Source of the DNA: a virus
IMG/VR virus record: IMGVR_UViG_3300047325_000181
Location: 4,855-68,854 of that record
DNA: 64,000 bases
Reading direction: 5' to 3' (one strand)
The notes beneath the pieces are model-generated. The model searched no databases. It was not told the origin of the DNA and worked only from the letters and a program-made list of their open reading frames with translations. The translations under genes were made by a program, and so were the position numbers. Of the stretch, positions 37,738 through 46,334 are shown one piece after another; the stretch's first letter is position 1, and each line of letters starts with the position of its first letter.

Positions 37738-38552
37738 TAGGAGGAGAAGTCTTCCACCTGAATCGGCACAATGTCGATGCGCAGCCCGCTCGTCGGCCCC
37801 TTCGCCACTTCGGCGTGGGTCGGGAGCACGTACGATTCGAGCACGTTGCTCCCGTTGTCGACGCAGGTCGCGCTCGGGGCGACGCCCTTGGCGACGAGGT
37901 AGAGCGGGGAGAAGCTCGTTGCGGCGCTGACCGCCACGATGTCGTACGTCAGGAGCGAGTCGATGTGGCCCGAGGGCAACGCCGGAGCGGTGACGGTGAC
38001 ATAGTTCGCGGTCGTAAGCGTGGCCGCCGTGTCGACGACGGTGACCGCGGCTCCCGGAGGCGCGAAGCGGGCCGTGCGGTCGCGACCGGCCGGAGGGCCG
38101 AAGGGCTGGAAGGCCGAGGTCTGAACCGTGCCGCCGCCATACACCGGCGCGACGTTGGCCGTGCCGGGCAGGTTGTTACGCTTTTCGGGCGGCGGACCCG
38201 AGGTGAAGTTCATAAACTGCGGGCTCCCGCCGTTGCCGGGCCCCGGGTTCAGTTCGTAGCGGGGGACCGCCACGTAAAACCGCGAGGTCGTTCCGGCCGT
38301 GCCGGTATAGGCGCCGGTCGGGGTGCCGACGGCTTCCGCGTTTGCGTCCCAAAAGGGGCGAAGCTGAACGCGCAGCACTTGCGCGATTTGCTTGTCGGTG
38401 ATGACGCCGTCGCTAATCAGATTCCAGAGCTTCGTGTTCGAGGCGACCGCGGTCGCTTCGTTCGTCGCCGGGAAGCCCAGGACGCTATCGGCGATGGTGG
38501 TGCTATCCCACTCGGTCGGGAAGTTGCCGGTCGGATTCAGGACGGTCGACAC
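37737..38552 (-). CDS. Probable virion structural protein
   Basis: Beta-rich, head operon. Confidence 0.55.
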   Translation of the reverse strand: MSTVLNPTGNFPTEWDSTTIADSVLGFPATNEATAVASNTKLWNLISDGVITDKQIAQVLRVQLRPFWDANAEAVGTPTGAYTGTAGTTSRFYVAVPRYELNPGPGNGGSPQFMNFTSGPPPEKRNNLPGTANVAPVYGGGTVQTSAFQPFGPPAGRDRTARFAPPGAAVTVVDTAATLTTANYVTVTAPALPSGHIDSLLTYDIVAVSAATSFSPLYLVAKGVAPSATCVDNGSNVLESYVLPTHAEVAKGPTSGLRIDIVPIQVEDFSS

Positions 38553-38613
38553 AGTGCGGAGCCCTCACAGGTATAAGATGAGTCGAACTTCGTCCGGCCC
38601 AGGCGCGGTCCTC

Positions 38614-38958
38614 CTACGGGACGCCGTTGTCAGGCGAACCTGCACCGGGAGCAACGAATTGCTCGGCGACGACTTGCGCCTGCGTTCCGCCGCCCATCGC
38701 GGCCGACAACAGGGCCTCGAATGACCCGTAGGGGCCTTTGTTCCAGTTCAACTCCGTGAGCCAGACGCCTGGCCGGGTCTGCCGGATATGGAGCGCCGCG
38801 CGGAGCGTCGCGTCCTTTTTCTCGGAAATCGTGAGGATTGCGGGCAGGTCGACATGCGGCGGCGGGACGATAGAGAGCGTCGCCGGGAGCGTCGTCCATT
38901 CCCACACCGGCGGGGAAACGGTGATGCTCGCCCCGAGCGCGGCGGTGCCGGTCTCCAT
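38614..38958 (-). CDS. Small protein with L-x-A-x-L-T-I repeats
   Basis: LPATLSI, LPAILTI, LRAALHI. Confidence 0.55.
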   Translation of the reverse strand: METGTAALGASITVSPPVWEWTTLPATLSIVPPPHVDLPAILTISEKKDATLRAALHIRQTRPGVWLTELNWNKGPYGSFEALLSAAMGGGTQAQVVAEQFVAPGAGSPDNGVP

Positions 38959-39365
38959 CAGAGGTCCGGGCTGTCCGAATCGTCGTCCTCTGGCTCGTCG
39001 TCTTCCCCGGCCGGAACGAAAACCTCGTGCATCTCTTCGGGCTCGCCGACCGTCACGTCGTCGCCGTCGCGGGTGTAGGGCACTTTCCAGACCGTGTCTT
39101 CATCGGTGCATTCGACGAGCGCGTAGTCCGGGAAGGTCGCGATGACGCTGCACCAGTGACTGCCCGGCTCGACTAACTCACCCGACGCCGCATGGGGCGG
39201 ATGCTCGCAGCCGCTTCCGGCAATAACCGCCGGAGCGATGGTCTTCATATGCTCGTCGTAGGAGCCTTCAGCCAGGCTCTTGCGCAGCGCGCGAGGCTGG
39301 ACGCTCACGGATTTCGCGAGCTTCACGGGGGCACTGGGCGCGGAGACCGCGTCACCGAACTTCAT
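38958..39365 (-). CDS. Hypothetical head-module protein
   Basis: WKVPYTRDGDDVTVGEPEE motif; ATG inferred. Confidence 0.6.
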   Translation of the reverse strand: MKFGDAVSAPSAPVKLAKSVSVQPRALRKSLAEGSYDEHMKTIAPAVIAGSGCEHPPHAASGELVEPGSHWCSVIATFPDYALVECTDEDTVWKVPYTRDGDDVTVGEPEEMHEVFVPAGEDDEPEDDDSDSPDL

Positions 39366-39370
39366 CTGGG

Positions 39371-39562
39371 CTACCTCCCGCGGCGACGCTCCGAGACCAT
39401 CTCGTCGATTTCGTCCCGGTCCGGCTCCGGTGGAGGGTCGGGATTGACGAAGGGCACGTAGGACTGCCACGCCGCCTCTTCTTTGGCGAGCGTCTCGTCG
39501 CTGTCCCCCAAGCGCTTACGGATTTGCCGCAGGGCCTCTTTCTGGGATTCTGTCAAAGGCAT
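39371..39562 (-). CDS. Hypothetical protein
   Basis: Preceded by CGTGGTATACT extended -10 at 39579-39589. Confidence 0.55.
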   Translation of the reverse strand: MPLTESQKEALRQIRKRLGDSDETLAKEEAAWQSYVPFVNPDPPPEPDRDEIDEMVSERRRGR

Positions 39563-39619
39563 GTTTTCACCAAAGGTCAGTATACCACGCCGAAGCCCGA
39601 CCTGGCTAGACGACGGGAA

Positions 39620-41629
39620 TCACATGCGGCCCTTTTTCCGCTTCTTGTCCGAAACGTAGCCCTTGGGGGCGCCGGTCGCAGTAAAGCCCTTGCGGTGCGC
39701 TTCGGCCAGGTCCTCGGCGGTCGAGGTGGGTGACTCTTTGTAGTCGATGGGGAGCCCGGCTTCTTTCGCGGCGAGGGCGAACTCCTTGAGACCGGGCGCG
39801 ATGCGCGCGACCTTGTCGTGCGTCGAGTTGAGTTGCTCCTCGGGGACCGTACGCTCGCGGTCGGCGTTGCGCATATGCGCCACTTCCCGCGGGGCCTGGG
39901 CCTCGTTGAACTCGACGTCGTAGCCGTTGGCCATCGCCTGCTGGGCCCAGTCTTTGTAGCTGTCCGAGCCGGTCGAATCGTAGACGAAGCTGCCGTGGTC
40001 GGGGTTGCGGATGGCGTTCTTGAGGCGCTCCTTAACGACGTGCGAGGAAATCTCGTGCGTCAGGCCGCCGCCGAAATCTTCGCCCTTGCCGTCTTCGTTG
40101 CGCGGCTTTCCGGCCAGCGGGTGGTCTTTGCCGTACGGCTCTTTGATGACGTTATTGGCGAAATCGCGCGCGTCACGGAAGCCGGTCGCGCGCTGAATGT
40201 AGGCGTCGAGCGCGGCCCGCTCTTCCTCGGGGTACGCCTCAAGCTCTTTCCAACTCTTCGGACCGCTTGGTCCGTAGCGGCCTGCATGGAGTGGGCCCGT
40301 GCTCCCGCTCGGATGCTTGCCCTCCTCGTGGGAGAACATCGGGTTGTTCTTCTTTTCCGCGTCCGAATCGAAAACGGGCGCGTCCTTGAAACCCGGCTGA
40401 TACGCCTTGAACTTCTCGTGGCCGGGTCCGATGATTTCCTTCGTGTAGGTCCCGTCGCCGTTGTCGCGATGATGCGTCTTGCCTTCGTTCCCGGTATAGT
40501 CTTCGACCACGCCGCCCTTACCGACGCCGCCGCCGCCAATCATAAAGACGGCCTTGCGGCGCAGGGTCGAGGAGGGCGGGAGAAAGCCTTGGCGCTTGCG
40601 GTCCGAGACCGCAGCATCGTGGTCGACCGCGCCCGTCTCGGGGTTCGTATGCTCGTCTTCGATGCGCTCGCGGTCGGTCTGCGGCTTCTGCGCAGCCTTC
40701 GCCTTGGCGCCGTGCTCGTGCTTCTCGGCCAGCGCCGCGGCAGCACCGTGCGGCGTCTTGAAATGCCCGAGGAACTCTTTCTTGCCGTTATGGGCGACCG
40801 AACGAGCCTGGTGCGCGTCCTTGGTCTGCTTGATTTCGCCGACCTGGGCGTCGCCCTGATGGACGGAGTGGCCGTCCTTCTGCGGACGAACTTCGTAGTG
40901 CGACCCGGCCTTCGTTTTCACGGAGCCTTTGCCCGAGGAGGGGTCGATGCTCGCCGTCGAGCCGCCGACCGAGACGAACTGACCGTTCTCCGAGGAGTGC
41001 TCGTGACCGGACTCGTCTTTGACTTTGACCAAATCGCCTAGTTTCACGCTTGCCCACTTCTCCGATTCCGGCCGCGCGTCGAGCATCTCTTGGAGCTTCT
41101 GATTATGCGCGTCGATTTCGGCATGCTGTTCCGCGGACATCGGCTTCGTACCGTCTTTCGTGTACTTCGCCTGAAGCCGGTGAATCATGTCGCGGTGGCT
41201 TTTGATGTCGTCCTTGCTGCTGGAGACGCCGGAGCCGCCGGACGTGAACTTGCCGTCCGGGTCGCGGGCTTGGTCTGACTTCTTCACTTTTGGCTTACTG
41301 CGCCAGATTGACTTGGCTTCTGGTTCCGGTTTCTTGGCGTAGAACGAGCCGACTTCTGCCTCAGCCTTGTCTTTGTGAGCATCGCACGACATAACGCGGG
41401 CTCCGTCGCGATAGTCAGCCTCAGCGTGAGAGGTGATGTGGGCCGACTTTTCCCCGCAATACTTACATTTGCCATAAGAGTGCGGCCTCGTCTTGACGCC
41501 CATCGAGTAGGAATCGGAGACGCGCTCACCTTGCACCCCCCAGCCGGACGTAAACTTGCCGTCCGCGTCACGAGACTGGTCTTTGATGAGGTCTCCGAGC
41601 TTCACGGCTTTCTCCTTATTTTGAGGCAC
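39620..41629 (-). CDS. Multidomain head-module protein with RDxxGKF repeats and C-terminal Zeta-toxin-like P-loop kinase
   Basis: KAVFMIGGGGVGKG, FDSDAEKK, FVYDSTG, GYDV..A..RNADRERTVP; DQSRDADGKFTSG and DQARDPDGKFTSG. Confidence 0.75.
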   Translation of the reverse strand: MPQNKEKAVKLGDLIKDQSRDADGKFTSGWGVQGERVSDSYSMGVKTRPHSYGKCKYCGEKSAHITSHAEADYRDGARVMSCDAHKDKAEAEVGSFYAKKPEPEAKSIWRSKPKVKKSDQARDPDGKFTSGGSGVSSSKDDIKSHRDMIHRLQAKYTKDGTKPMSAEQHAEIDAHNQKLQEMLDARPESEKWASVKLGDLVKVKDESGHEHSSENGQFVSVGGSTASIDPSSGKGSVKTKAGSHYEVRPQKDGHSVHQGDAQVGEIKQTKDAHQARSVAHNGKKEFLGHFKTPHGAAAALAEKHEHGAKAKAAQKPQTDRERIEDEHTNPETGAVDHDAAVSDRKRQGFLPPSSTLRRKAVFMIGGGGVGKGGVVEDYTGNEGKTHHRDNGDGTYTKEIIGPGHEKFKAYQPGFKDAPVFDSDAEKKNNPMFSHEEGKHPSGSTGPLHAGRYGPSGPKSWKELEAYPEEERAALDAYIQRATGFRDARDFANNVIKEPYGKDHPLAGKPRNEDGKGEDFGGGLTHEISSHVVKERLKNAIRNPDHGSFVYDSTGSDSYKDWAQQAMANGYDVEFNEAQAPREVAHMRNADRERTVPEEQLNSTHDKVARIAPGLKEFALAAKEAGLPIDYKESPTSTAEDLAEAHRKGFTATGAPKGYVSDKKRKKGRM

Positions 41630-41662
41630 ATCTCGTCCTCCTGGGCTCGCTTGAGGTTCGCG

Positions 41663-42193
41663 TCAGGCGCGCGAAGTCCTCAAGGCCAGGCGCTCGCAGA
41701 CGAAGCTATTGTCTTCCTCGACCACGAGGTCGATGACCATGCTCTCGACGGTCTCGTACTTGAAGTCGTCGCGCGCGACGCGCCCTTCGAGATTCGAGGC
41801 GAAGAGGATGCGGCCGAAGAGCGCCGCCGGGGCGAGCCCGAGCACGATTTGGGGCGCGGCGGTCGTAATCACCATCCCGGCCGGGCGCTTTTCGAGCGTT
41901 ACCGAGCGGCGCTCGGCTTCGGACCAGTCCGATTCGAGAACGGCGCTGACCCCGTCGTAGGGGCCGAGATTCTTGAGACGCTGGAAAGTCGAGGCCCAGT
42001 TCTGAGCGGCCCAGGTCCCCTGGAGAACGGTCAGCGCCCCGAGCAGCATGCAATCGCCAGTGTAAACCGCGGCCCCGATGCGCGTCACGCGCCGGAAGCG
42101 GGCGCGGTGCGTCAGGACCAGTTCGCCGACGGCCACGTACTCAATCGGGACGAGACCGCGCTGCGTGACGACGCGGCAACCGACGGCGACCAC
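41663..42193 (-). CDS. Stand-alone degenerate Hint (intein-like) domain
   Basis: MVAVGCRVVTQRGLVPIEYVAVGELVLTHRARFRRV and VIDLVVEEDNSFVCE align with the neighbouring intein; no C/S1, no TxxH, no terminal HN. Confidence 0.8.
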   Translation of the reverse strand: MVAVGCRVVTQRGLVPIEYVAVGELVLTHRARFRRVTRIGAAVYTGDCMLLGALTVLQGTWAAQNWASTFQRLKNLGPYDGVSAVLESDWSEAERRSVTLEKRPAGMVITTAAPQIVLGLAPAALFGRILFASNLEGRVARDDFKYETVESMVIDLVVEEDNSFVCERLALRTSRA

Positions 42194-43963
42194 TTACGTG
42201 GGCTCGTAGGGAAGCCAGACGCACCGGCAGTTGTGAACCGCAATTCCTTCCACGATAAACGAAGCGTCGCGCTCGACTTGCAAGCAAACGACATCGCCTC
42301 CGTAAAGGGATTGTGATATACTTGACTCGTGCTCTCTAAGGACGAGGTTGCCACACTTTACGCCAAGCACATCGCTGACGGCTTCAGCGTAAAGGAGCTT
42401 GCTCGCGACATCGGACGCAGTCGCGCCTATTTGGTTGCGCAATTCGAGCGCTACGGCCTGAAGCAACGCGGCATCGCCGACTCGAATCGAGTGACGCGAA
42501 AGCGACTCAAACACGCCCTCACCCTTCAAAGTAAGGGCTCTATGACGGTTCTCGAAAAGCTGATGCACGACGCGCTCGTAGCTTTGGGAGAGAGCCCGGT
42601 TTCTCAATACGCTGTCGAGTACCTGAATATCGATGTCGCCATACCTGACGCTTTGGTGGCTATAGAGATTGATGGAGGGGGCTGGCACGGAAGCGACCCC
42701 CGGAAAAAGACTCAGGACGCGAACAAGCAGGCGCTGCTCCAGTCGCGCGGCTGGGCCATTGTGCGCATTTGGAGCATTGGGAAGCGCTTTCGCAAGCGCT
42801 TCCCAGCCTATGCCGAGGACATTGTCGCCCTTGCCAATCTCCGTCGGCAAACGCCACCCGTCGCGCGTCAGAACGGCGTGGTCGCCCGTTATCCGCGCCC
42901 CGCCGATGTCGAAGATAGAGCCCGAATGCTTACGGCGAGACGTCGCAAGTACCCGCGCAAACCGTCCATGATGGGTAAGCACGTACTGACCTGGACTGAC
43001 CGACCCGATGCGCTGGAGCCCATCGGGAGTGATGACGCGACAATCTTCCGTGACTGACCTGGGATGCAGCGGGATGACCGGGAGATAGTCGTCGACCTTA
43101 CGGCCGTAGTTCGACTCGCCGATGATGTCCTTGATGCGCCGGGCCTTGTCGTTGATGAGGCGCAGGCAGTGGTCGCAAACGCGCGAGTCGTGCGCGCTCG
43201 ACCCGATACACCACTCGAAACCTTGGTCGAGCAGTTCCTGGAGGCGTCCCTGGCTCTCGGCTCTGGCTGTCTCCGTGATGGCGATAGTTCCGAAATCGAG
43301 GTTGTAGTTGCGCGTCGTGTTCGCCATCGCGCGAGCCACCTCGCGCGGATTCTTGCCGAGCGCCGCGGCGCCGATAAGCTGCTGGCGAAGCTCGGACTTC
43401 ATTTCCTCGAACTTGCTGTCTAGCTCGTTGAATGTATTGTGTTCGAGGAACTCGATGGCTCGCCGGTCCTCCGCCGTCACGGGCCGGTGCAGCACGGCGC
43501 GGCCGACGTTCGGCGCCGGGCGGTTTTCGCGGCGCGCGCTCGCCAAGCGGTGGTTGATGGCCGCCTCGGTCGCGAGCATCTGGCCGATGAGGTACGCCTG
43601 CATCGGGTGCGAGGCAAGCTCGACCATCGCTTTGGCCTTCCAGTCCTCGACGGACTGGTCAATCGTGTACGGGTCGAGCCCTTCCCACGTCCCGCCGGTC
43701 TTCTCGTAAAGCTGGTCGACAAGCTCGCGAAGCTGGCGCGCGAGGTCGGGCTGGCCTGCGATGAGCGCCCGGTACACCTTGTCTTCGTGCGCGCCGATGG
43801 GGCGGATACCGTGGTCCCCGGGGTCGCCCGGATGCCAGTCGCGCTTCTCTAGTTCGTAGTTCCAGTGCTTTTGCAGAACGCCGAGGGCAGCGTCCGGCGC
43901 GGCGCCCTTGCGAACGGCCAACTGCGCTAAATCGAACTCGACTTCGAGGACCGTCTTATCCAT
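42194..43963 (-). CDS. MuF / SPP1 gp7-like minor head protein containing an intein
   Basis: TIAITETARA..GR, DSRVCDHC, and PLHPR-[intein]-CRCVW. Confidence 0.9.
   Translation of the reverse strand: MDKTVLEVEFDLAQLAVRKGAAPDAALGVLQKHWNYELEKRDWHPGDPGDHGIRPIGAHEDKVYRALIAGQPDLARQLRELVDQLYEKTGGTWEGLDPYTIDQSVEDWKAKAMVELASHPMQAYLIGQMLATEAAINHRLASARRENRPAPNVGRAVLHRPVTAEDRRAIEFLEHNTFNELDSKFEEMKSELRQQLIGAAALGKNPREVARAMANTTRNYNLDFGTIAITETARAESQGRLQELLDQGFEWCIGSSAHDSRVCDHCLRLINDKARRIKDIIGESNYGRKVDDYLPVIPLHPRSVTEDCRVITPDGLQRIGSVSPGQYVLTHHGRFARVLATSRRKHSGSIFDIGGARITGDHAVLTRDGWRLPTEIGKGDNVLGIGWEALAKALPNAPNAHNGPAARLEQRLLVRVLSLFPGVASVPAPSINLYSHQSVRYGDIDIQVLDSVLRNRALSQSYERVVHQLFENRHRALTLKGEGVFESLSRHSIRVGDAALLQAVALELRNQIGATASDVASKLLYAEAVSDVLGVKCGNLVLREHESSISQSLYGGDVVCLQVERDASFIVEGIAVHNCRCVWLPYEPT
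42314..42322 (+). promoter_or_regulatory. Extended -10 promoter inside the intein, antisense
   Basis: TGA-TATACT, GTG start exactly 6 nt downstream; no good -35. Confidence 0.6.
42329..43057 (+). CDS. HTH plus Vsr/DUF559-type endonuclease nested antisense in the intein
   Basis: FSVKELARDIGRSRAYL (HTH); EKLMHDAL..QY..IDVAIP..VAIEIDGGGWHG..QDANKQALLQSRGWAIVRIW. Confidence 0.85.
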   Translation: MLSKDEVATLYAKHIADGFSVKELARDIGRSRAYLVAQFERYGLKQRGIADSNRVTRKRLKHALTLQSKGSMTVLEKLMHDALVALGESPVSQYAVEYLNIDVAIPDALVAIEIDGGGWHGSDPRKKTQDANKQALLQSRGWAIVRIWSIGKRFRKRFPAYAEDIVALANLRRQTPPVARQNGVVARYPRPADVEDRARMLTARRRKYPRKPSMMGKHVLTWTDRPDALEPIGSDDATIFRD

Positions 43964-44057
43964 CTGTGACTTCTATCATACAACGAAAGAGCCGTGACCT
44001 GTTCGGCCACGGCTCCCACGAATCGAGTGCTGGAGCGAGTTGCGCTGGCACCCGAAG

Positions 44058-44510
44058 CTACATCGTCAGCGAGGGCGTTCCGGTGCTCGCATCGTGGAAG
44101 AGCTTCGTGTTCGTCGGGTCGACCGCGTAGACCGAAGCGCCGACCGTGAACGTGATGTTCGAGGAGCCGACGATGAGTTCGACCGTGTCGCCCTGGTTCG
44201 CCTTGATACGCTTGCGCGGGATGCGCACGGCGTTGGCGGCGATGCCGAGACCGCTTTCGAGCGGGTTCGTCGAGGAGGGGCCGCCCTGCGCGATGACCGA
44301 CGCCTCGCTCGCGGTGTCGATGATGTCGTAGAAGAACTCGCAGACTTGGTCGACCGAAGCCGCGCCGGTCGAAGCGCCCGAGTCGAGCGCCGAGGTCACG
44401 GGGTTGACCAGAACCTTGAAGTTGACGTTCGTCGCATTCGTCTGGGCCGTCCCGTCCTGCGTGACGGCGCCCGTCGCGGGCGTGAAATGATAGGCGTGAT
44501 TGACGGGCAT
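44058..44510 (-). CDS. Probable virion protein
   Basis: Between portal and MuF. Confidence 0.55.
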   Translation of the reverse strand: MPVNHAYHFTPATGAVTQDGTAQTNATNVNFKVLVNPVTSALDSGASTGAASVDQVCEFFYDIIDTASEASVIAQGGPSSTNPLESGLGIAANAVRIPRKRIKANQGDTVELIVGSSNITFTVGASVYAVDPTNTKLFHDASTGTPSLTM

Positions 44511-44519
44511 CGAACTCTC

Positions 44520-46334
44520 CTAGTCCAGCAGCTTAACGAGGTCGTCGCGGAGCGATTCGAGGTCTGCTTTCTGAACCCCGCTGCCCGGAACCTGGGGCTT
44601 GGGCGGATGCGGCGGCTTCGGCGGCTCCGCGTCGCCGCCACCCACCCACACACCGCCGCCTTCCCCGTCCTCGCCGGGCGCCCCACCCTCGCCGCCGCCG
44701 TCTTCTTGCGGTTGGAGCGCGGGCAAGTCTTCGAGCTTGATGCCGGGCTTGGTCGCAATCGTGATGATGTCGCCGCCGGGCATCGGGGGCAGGCCGAGTT
44801 CGCGCCGGACCTCGTTGCGCGCGAGAATACCCGAATCAACCAGGGAAACGGCGCGCTGCGCGTCCTCAACGCTCTGCTCTTTATTGTCTTCGACGAACTC
44901 GAACTTGACATCGTTGAACGGGAAGATAGCTTTCGAGTAGCCGGAGAGGTCGAGCGGGTCGAGCGCGTTGTTCCGAATCCACATCTGGCCGCGGACGATT
45001 TCGCCGTTGATGAACTCCTGAATCGTGACCGCGAGCGAGTGGATGCCGCGGGACTGGGTCAGGTCCTTCTGCGTGTCGGCCGTCGTGCGGTGGAGGTCCT
45101 CGGTAAACCCGATGTCTTGGAGGGAGAGGCCGTAGACGGCGCACTTGACGTTCGCCCAGTATTTCATCAATTCGAGGACTTCGTTGTCGCGCATCGTCCC
45201 GGTCTGGAGCGGGATGAAGCCCTTGACGCCTTCCTTCGAGCCGATGAAGATGCCGCGCCGGATGCCCTTGGCGACCGACTGGTTCCACTTCATCTCGATA
45301 GCGTCGCGCTCGTCCTGACTCACTTCGGGGCCGAGGTCGAAGACGAATTGCGGGGTGTTGTTGTTGCGGAAGAAGTCGACCATGTACTGGTCGCCGTAGA
45401 GCGCGCCGACCATCTTCTCCAGGATGACCTCGACCGGCGGCTTCCCGTAGCCGGTGCTCTGCTCGTTCTGGAGCATGTAGACGAGTTCGTCGTTGTTGTA
45501 GTACGCCTTAACGATGCCTTGGTCGTACCAATCGTAGGCCGGTTCGGGCGGCTGGGGCGTGGCGAGGTCGGGACGCCGGTAGCGCCGGACTTGGTCGCCC
45601 GGCAAGAGGTAGAGTTCGCCGAGCGCGGAGCCGTCGCAGAGCGGATTCTTCACGATGGGCGCCGCGTCGTAGAGCGTCAGGTTGTCGACGATGCGGTTCA
45701 GGAAGGCCCGGAAGCTCGACTCGGCCGAGGGGTTCGGGCTCTCGAACATCTCCTGGACCGGCAGGATGTGCGACTCGGCCGTCACCTCATGCGCGGCGAG
45801 GCAGTTCTCGAAGAACTCGCGCAGCCGGACGTTCTGGGAGATGTCGCTTCCGGCCGACTGCTCGGAGGAGATGACGTCGCGCAGCGCCCCGGAGGCGCGC
45901 ATGAAGAAGACCGGGTCGAGCACCTGCGGCGTGAACTTCGCCTGTAACTGCGGGTAATTCATCGTCAATTCGGAGACGGTGTGCCAGCGCTTGAGTTCGG
46001 CTTTCACCTTCTCGACGTCGGGGACGATTTTCCACTTCATCTCGCCGATGGCGCGCTTGAGCGTGTTGCGAATCGCGAAGATGATGTCGTCGCGGTCGGC
46101 CAACTGTTCGAGCGTGTAGCCCGGGATAGCGTAGCGCGAGCGCTGGATAAGGTTCTCGCGCGTGTCCTTCGTCGACTCGGGGCGCATGAGCGACCCGCCG
46201 AGCGTCTTCGGGTCGTTGCCCTTGCGGGGCGAGACGCGCTCGGGGCCGAGGAACAAACGGCTGAATCGCCCCGGGTTCCGACGCTGCGGCGGGCGGTTTG
46301 GGCCGAGCGGGACGAGCGAATGCATCTCGGACAT
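44520..46334 (-). CDS. Portal protein
   Basis: DNLTLYDAAPI..ELYLLPGDQV..GYGKPPVE..FFRNNNTP..VYGLSLQDIG..RNEVRRELGLPP; start uncertain. Confidence 0.9.
   Translation of the reverse strand: MSEMHSLVPLGPNRPPQRRNPGRFSRLFLGPERVSPRKGNDPKTLGGSLMRPESTKDTRENLIQRSRYAIPGYTLEQLADRDDIIFAIRNTLKRAIGEMKWKIVPDVEKVKAELKRWHTVSELTMNYPQLQAKFTPQVLDPVFFMRASGALRDVISSEQSAGSDISQNVRLREFFENCLAAHEVTAESHILPVQEMFESPNPSAESSFRAFLNRIVDNLTLYDAAPIVKNPLCDGSALGELYLLPGDQVRRYRRPDLATPQPPEPAYDWYDQGIVKAYYNNDELVYMLQNEQSTGYGKPPVEVILEKMVGALYGDQYMVDFFRNNNTPQFVFDLGPEVSQDERDAIEMKWNQSVAKGIRRGIFIGSKEGVKGFIPLQTGTMRDNEVLELMKYWANVKCAVYGLSLQDIGFTEDLHRTTADTQKDLTQSRGIHSLAVTIQEFINGEIVRGQMWIRNNALDPLDLSGYSKAIFPFNDVKFEFVEDNKEQSVEDAQRAVSLVDSGILARNEVRRELGLPPMPGGDIITIATKPGIKLEDLPALQPQEDGGGEGGAPGEDGEGGGVWVGGGDAEPPKPPHPPKPQVPGSGVQKADLESLRDDLVKLLD

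Larger units (their letters stand above)
42230..43057 (-). mobile_element. Intein (276 aa, Ser1, Cys+1) in MuF
   Basis: S1VTEDCRV, block B ITGDHAVLT, block F VVCLQV, block G IAVHN|C; splits the conserved HPxCRC motif. Confidence 0.9.

Noticed and set aside
14202-44022. Other CCACGAA 7-mers near late starts (about 14202, 29897, 30804, 44016) as extra antisense targets
   Set aside because: The 7-mer also occurs inside coding regions and lacks box A nearby, so chance cannot be excluded.
44040-45947. 635-aa plus-strand ORF opposite the portal (also 55074-56672, 39818-41041, 23445-24482, 28014-28940, 34898-35824)
   Set aside because: In-register antisense shadows typical of GC-rich genes: no motifs, no promoter. 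The intein-nested ORF differs by having a nuclease signature and its own promoter.
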